Source: TPA_inf: Saccharomyces (taxonomy: Eukaryota). Taken from it: a stretch of 64,000 bases of DNA. The translations under genes and the position numbers were made by a program. Numbering within the stretch: the first letter of the stretch is position 1; the number at the start of each line of letters is the position of its first letter. Of this stretch, positions 58,985-64,000 are shown in pieces. The stretch spans positions 96,001 to 160,000 of the forward strand of contig BK006943.2 of NCBI GenBank assembly GCA_000146045.2. Reading direction: 5' to 3'. The notes beneath the pieces are model-generated. The model worked only from the letters and a program-made list of their open reading frames with translations. It had not been told where the DNA came from and made no database searches.

Positions 58985-60127
58985 TCAGGTATCAGGCTTT
59001 GGGAATGCTCTTTGGACGCGGTCTAAATAATCCGTAGACTCCCAATCAAATTTAAAAGCAGATTGCGGCTTAGATGTCGGTTTCTCAATATCATGTTTCT
59101 CTGCAGTACTCTTCTGCGAAGCATTTCGATCTACTGAGGTTATATCCAGGTCAACGTGCTTTTGATTTTCTCTTTTACCATGATTCAACAGGTCTTGAAG
59201 ACAAGGAGGTTCGTGGTAAAAATTTGTCTCTGTTTCAATATTGCCCAATTGCAAGTGTGTGAAGTAGTTACTTAAGTGGCATTCACTATAAAGTTCACGC
59301 TGTGTACTTCTCCACAGCTGGTAATAGTGGTCGTCATAGTCAGTTGTATTACGGGACCATGGCTTAAACGTTCCAATGAAGTGAATAAGTCTGATGTGTT
59401 GTTGGAAAAAATTCATGGCTGGTGAAGACTGGTATCCGTAGTTGGGCATGGTTACGTTGTAGGTGAAGGGGAGGCGTATCCATTCCATGAGTGGAGACAC
59501 CTTATGCAAAACCTCTTTGCTGTAGTTGCAAATAGGATTAAAAAATTGATTGAAGATTCCTTGATCAGCACCATCAATCGATACAGTTTTAATCAAAAAA
59601 TCTTGTAAACTTGTTGCCATATCTAAATCAGGAATTAGTAGTAGTACACCGGTGTTGAACATGTCAGGCCATCCGATGTCTGGAACCGCAGCAATCTGGA
59701 ATCTTGTTTGTTCAGGGTATAATCGTAGGATTTCAAAAAATTCTTTATTTAATGGTAAAGTATCAGCATCTAAAAATAAAACCTGATCGAACTGCACCAG
59801 TTCCCACAGTCTAGCCTTGAGTAAAGTATGAGATAGCTCAGGCCTTTTCAACAGTTCAAGATTTGCCTTATTCTTCTCTATGCTCTTCTCTTGATCCTTT
59901 AGCGGTTCAATAATGATAATCTCTTTAAAAAGACTTCTAATTAAAGCTATTTCCTGAGGTTTAAACTCATCTCCAAACAATTTTTTTTCAATTAGCAGGC
60001 ATAAGGTTATCTCATCTTCCACTACAGCGTGTTTCAAGAGTTTTTGTAATTGGTACGCTAAAGTCAATGCGCCAGGTAAATAGTCCCGTGAATACAGCAA
60101 TGTACAGATGGCAACTTTCTTGGCCAT
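58985..60127 (-). CDS. GLG2: Glycogenin glucosyltransferase
   Basis: 380 aa, a GT8 fold with a DxD motif (FLDADT); fits YJL137C. Confidence 0.88.
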   Translation of the reverse strand: MAKKVAICTLLYSRDYLPGALTLAYQLQKLLKHAVVEDEITLCLLIEKKLFGDEFKPQEIALIRSLFKEIIIIEPLKDQEKSIEKNKANLELLKRPELSHTLLKARLWELVQFDQVLFLDADTLPLNKEFFEILRLYPEQTRFQIAAVPDIGWPDMFNTGVLLLIPDLDMATSLQDFLIKTVSIDGADQGIFNQFFNPICNYSKEVLHKVSPLMEWIRLPFTYNVTMPNYGYQSSPAMNFFQQHIRLIHFIGTFKPWSRNTTDYDDHYYQLWRSTQRELYSECHLSNYFTHLQLGNIETETNFYHEPPCLQDLLNHGKRENQKHVDLDITSVDRNASQKSTAEKHDIEKPTSKPQSAFKFDWESTDYLDRVQRAFPKPDT

Positions 60128-60549
60128 AGCTCCGTAACAAACCTTACTTCTGATAGATATTCAAAAAAATGACACGATGTATAAGTAAAAAAATGCTTTT
60201 GGAGGTGGATGCGCTATCCTTGATCTACTCCCCTCATCTTTATATGTCATAGTAAGTGTAAACAAAACCCTTAACGGCTACCGCGCGGTGACGAATCAAT
60301 GCGATTTTGTTTTCGAACAGTGCTATTTCAAGGATAACGAAAAATCTACCTAGATTGGCACATCAGTGCCTTATTTTCCGTCTTTGCCTCTTGATATATG
60401 TTCTTTTTTTATTGTTCTTTTGTTATTGTAGTTGTTGCATGTACGTAAGTTATATATAGATTAAATATTGATAATATAATAGAAAATAAATGATAGGGAA
60501 ACGTTGAATAAACGACTTCCCCTCTTCTTTTTATTCAATATTTATCTTT

Positions 60550-61273
60550 TTAACGGGAGTAAGACCAAACGTTCTTCAACAAACCATCGTTTTGAGCCAA
60601 ACGGTTCAAAGAGTCATCGGATTCACCTCTGGATCTAACGTAACCGGACAAAGCGTAAGTGATGTATTCACCTGGAATGGCGCGGCCTTCTTCATCAACC
60701 TTGGCAACGTTGATTTGAACAGAAGCGTGGTCATCGGCTTTGATGATTCTGTTGGTAGCAGAACACTTTCTTGGAACATATAATTCAACCTAGTAAAAAA
60801 AGAAATTATTCAATGTTAGTACATTTGCGCTTATATTCTTGTAAAATTATTCTGCACATGAATGAAAGAAAAGTTCTAAGAGTAGTTCTGGAATATGGAA
60901 ACCCACTAATTCGGAATTATGATGTCTTTTCAGCATATCTCTCTTGGGATTCCAATTTTGTCGTTAAAACGCCACATTTCTTAGAGATGTGTACTTAGAC
61001 CACACATGATAAAGTATCAGGTAACACTTGTGCCAATTTAAATGGGTTATTTGCATTTTCTTGAATTTGATGTATTACTAACCAATATGATTATAAACCC
61101 ATGTTGGTCCCACCCTATTTGTACCACTAATCTTGCACACTTAACTTATTATAATTTTATTTTTCTGTCGATGCTCCCTTGTCTGTCCACGCTTACTCAG
61201 TCCTCTTCTTTCTTCCTTTGCGCGCCATCATCTGCTATAATTTACGTACTAATTGACCCTTATCGTTTTCCAT
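60550..61273 (-). CDS. RPS21B: Ribosomal protein S21 (eS21), spliced: join(61250..61273, 60550..60789) on the minus strand
   Basis: Exon 1 encodes MENDKGQL. Exon 2 encodes [79 protein letters not shown]. Together they give the 87-aa eS21 protein. The ORF track misses this gene because the frame is interrupted by the intron. Confidence 0.9.
60790..61249 (-). other. RPS21B spliceosomal intron (460 nt)
   Basis: The 5' splice site is GUACGU at 61249. The TACTAAC branchpoint is the reverse complement of gttagta at about 60815-60821. The 3' splice site is UAG at 60790-60792. Confidence 0.85.
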
Positions 61274-61587
61274 TTTGGCTTATTGATATTCTTTTATTTT
61301 TTTATCAGATTTTTAACTGAAATTCCCCTTTAAAGTCAAATTCGTTAACAATGTTTATAAAACTTTCAATCCTATAATCCTCAATTACTAGTTCTTACAT
61401 TATACAGAGCCGAGATTCGCTTCAAACGGACCCACTAGCCAGCTGGTATGGTTCCCACCACCGATGAAGAGAACCAGAATAAAGGCAGTGGTCTCACTAG
61501 CGAACTCGCTCGAAGCGTGCCCACCAGCTCCCGGCGAGAGACGCGGCGAAACATAAAGCATTTATTTCATTCCTTAAAAGTTATGGA

Positions 61588-61617
61588 GATGTATGGATGT
61601 ATAAAGTGTACGGGTGT
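61588..61617 (-). promoter_or_regulatory. Tandem Rap1 binding sites in the RPS21B promoter
   Basis: The minus strand reads ACACCCGTACACTT (61604-61617) and ACATCCATACATC (61588-61600). Both fit ACAYCCRTACAYY. They lie 315-345 bp upstream of the RPS21B ATG, an arrangement typical of ribosomal-protein gene promoters. Confidence 0.7.
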
Positions 61618-62187
61618 AAACACATTGTCGTCAAAAGGTAATCTCCCCAGAAGTTTTCACTCCTATATAGAAACACGGATACAACCTCGATAGTGCTTTC
61701 TTTGTCCCATTTTATTATGCTACTTGTTGCATTATTTTTGGTTTTTCAAGCCTACGTTTTGGACTCTCAGTCCCTGATGCGGATAAGTATTTTACATAAT
61801 TTACGTTACTATGGCAACAGTACATATGTAGAAAAGTGAAAGAGAAAAAAAAAGAAGAGAGAACTTAAGTAGATGTATGTTCAACCAGCTATTGTTGGAA
61901 CCAAATATGTGCAAAATATCGCCAGATATTCATTTCACGAATAACAAGGCAAAAATGTTGCAAAAAATGTTTCTTAGTACCAAATTGAACTACTGCCTTT
62001 ATCATGTGACTGAACTACGCTTGGCTGTTTTGTTTTTCCCTCACCTTGCGCTAAAGTTGTCGTCACATTATAAGGGCAGTAAGAAAAAGCAGAGTTTAAG
62101 AAAGTTTGTTTACATACAACCATCACGTAGAGGAAATTCTTCAAACCTACCAGACCAGCGGACACAAGCCATTTGTATAGATAAAAA

Positions 62188-63417
62188 ATGGTAGATGGAC
62201 TGAATACCTCGAACATTAGGAAAAGAGCCAGGACTCTCTCTAACCCCAATGACTTTCAAGAGCCTAATTACTTGCTGGATCCCGGTAATCATCCCTCAGA
62301 TCATTTTCGAACTCGAATGTCCAAATTTCGGTTTAATATTAGAGAGAAGCTGTTAGTGTTTACCAACAATCAATCATTCACATTAAGCCGCTGGCAAAAG
62401 AAGTACCGTTCTGCGTTTAATGATCTCTACTTTACTTATACTTCCTTAATGGGATCGCATACCTTCTATGTTCTGTGTTTACCTATGCCCGTGTGGTTTG
62501 GATATTTTGAAACAACAAAAGATATGGTTTATATCTTGGGATATTCTATCTACTTGAGTGGTTTTTTTAAAGATTACTGGTGCTTGCCCAGGCCTAGAGC
62601 ACCTCCATTACATCGAATTACGTTAAGTGAATATACAACGAAGGAATATGGTGCTCCAAGCTCCCATACAGCAAATGCAACAGGAGTGAGTCTCTTGTTT
62701 CTCTACAACATCTGGAGGATGCAAGAATCTTCTGTCATGGTCCAACTATTGTTGTCATGTGTGGTTTTATTTTATTATATGACTTTGGTTTTCGGTAGAA
62801 TATACTGTGGGATGCATGGCATATTAGATTTAGTAAGCGGTGGGCTCATTGGAATAGTGTGTTTCATTGTTAGGATGTATTTCAAGTACAGGTTTCCGGG
62901 TTTACGCATTGAGGAGCATTGGTGGTTTCCTTTGTTTAGTGTGGGATGGGGTCTTCTTCTTTTGTTTAAACATGTTAAGCCCGTAGACGAATGTCCTTGC
63001 TTCCAAGATAGTGTTGCGTTCATGGGCGTTGTGTCAGGTATTGAATGCTGTGATTGGTTGGGCAAAGTGTTTGGAGTCACCCTGGTGTACAATTTGGAAC
63101 CTAACTGTGGCTGGCGGTTAACCTTAGCCAGGCTGCTGGTGGGCCTACCGTGCGTTGTTATCTGGAAGTACGTGATCAGCAAACCGATGATCTACACGTT
63201 ATTGATCAAAGTTTTCCATCTGAAGGATGACAGAAACGTTGCGGCAAGAAAAAGACTGGAGGCCACGCACAAAGAAGGTGCAAGCAAGTACGAATGTCCA
63301 TTATATATTGGAGAGCCCAAGATTGACATTCTAGGTAGATTTATTATCTATGCTGGCGTTCCATTCACCGTTGTAATGTGCAGCCCCGTCCTATTTTCCC
63401 TCTTAAATATAGCATAA
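62188..63417 (+). CDS. LCB3: Long-chain base 1-phosphate phosphatase (PAP2 family)
   Basis: 409 aa, a multi-pass membrane protein with the PAP2 motifs ([22 protein letters not shown]). Confidence 0.88.
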
Positions 63418-63622
63418 AACAAAAGGAACAAAAAAAAAAAAATAGACAAAATGTAGTGTAAATGTATCCGTTTCTAAATTAAGTACTTATAAAAAAATAT
63501 GTAACTGAAAAAGTCATGTTGTATAAAAATTTGAGGCACCGTACCAGGACCCCAAAAGAAGAATAGGTTAAAGTCATCATCATTAATAAACCAGGAAAGA
63601 AAAGAGCATAATTAAGATACGC

Positions 63623-63847
63623 CTACAACTTTGGCGCGTGAGCCAAGTGTCTTCTGGTAGCTAGTGAGGCACTCAAGGGACCATATGTCTTGGCATTTTC
63701 TCTATATTCCTTAAAAGAGTTGAACGAGTTGCCCGGAGATCTCTTGAAAATAGTGCTGGCCATGGCGCTAGCGGCTATCCTTGAGACACCCGCGGAGGCG
63801 GCTGAAGAAGAGACGGCGGCGGCTAATCTGGTACTTTGGGCGATCAT
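63623..63847 (-). CDS. DPI8: Small mitochondrial protein of unknown function
   Basis: 74-aa ORF at the expected position of YJL133C-A; the call is low-confidence for such a short ORF. Confidence 0.5.
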   Translation of the reverse strand: MIAQSTRLAAAVSSSAASAGVSRIAASAMASTIFKRSPGNSFNSFKEYRENAKTYGPLSASLATRRHLAHAPKL

Positions 63848-64000
63848 TTAATACGTTTATTTACTGTCTTATGAATGTAATATTTAAACTTGTGCGTAAT
63901 CATTAAAACAAAGGTGAAAAATCACATTAAACATCTCCCTACATTACTTTCGGTTTATTCTTTTATATGTGTGAAACTTTCTCTCTGCACCAGGAAGTGG

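Noticed and set aside
60606-60788. 60-aa ORF from the track over RPS21B exon 2
   Set aside because: It is in the wrong frame. The true eS21 reading frame (VELYVPRK...) is in another frame and joins to a 24-nt exon 1 at 61250-61273 through an intron.
61877-62194. 105-aa ORF immediately upstream of, and overlapping, the LCB3 start
   Set aside because: It matches the position of the dubious ORF YJL135W. It lies in the LCB3 promoter with no conserved features.

Overview
No novel system was found. Every long ORF in this window matches a known yeast gene and there is no sign of foreign DNA. The window reads as a 64-kb stretch of the Saccharomyces cerevisiae chromosome X left arm, in chromosomal orientation, running from RFA3 (YJL173C) to YJL133C-A. 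The mapping to roughly chrX 96-160 kb comes from memory of the snoRNA coordinates and is unverified.

All identifications rest on my recall of the encoded proteins and RNA sequences; no database search was run. In gene order the window holds: RFA3, CPS1, TOH1, ASG7, SET2, ERG20, QCR8, HAL5, TPK1, YJL163C, JJJ2, tRNA-Glu(UUC), FMP33, the cell-wall cluster PIR5/HSP150/CIS3, FAR1, SSY5, FBP26, VPS35, INO1, SNA3, DAS1, the dicistronic snoRNA unit snR190-U14 (snR128), RPA34, YJL147C, IDS2, SFH5, YJL144W, TIM17, YAK1, RPB4, YUR1, TIF2, GLG2, the intron-containing RPS21B, LCB3 and YJL133C-A.

The supplied ORF track over-extends several genes at the 5' end. I trimmed these to the known protein N-termini: ASG7, SET2, TPK1, YJL163C, VPS35, INO1, YJL147C, IDS2, TIM17 and TIF2. 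The track also misses RPS21B entirely, because it is spliced.

The most informative non-coding signals are cis-regulatory sites that match textbook yeast elements:
- an alpha2-Mcm1 a-specific operator upstream of ASG7;
- a UASINO/URS1 cluster upstream of INO1;
- overlapping Abf1 and Cbf1 sites upstream of QCR8;
- a tandem Rap1 site pair upstream of RPS21B.

Other features worth noting are the internal tandem repeats of the PIR genes, three polyglutamine CAG/CAA microsatellites (HAL5, JJJ2, YAK1) and an unusually GC-rich block upstream of CIS3.
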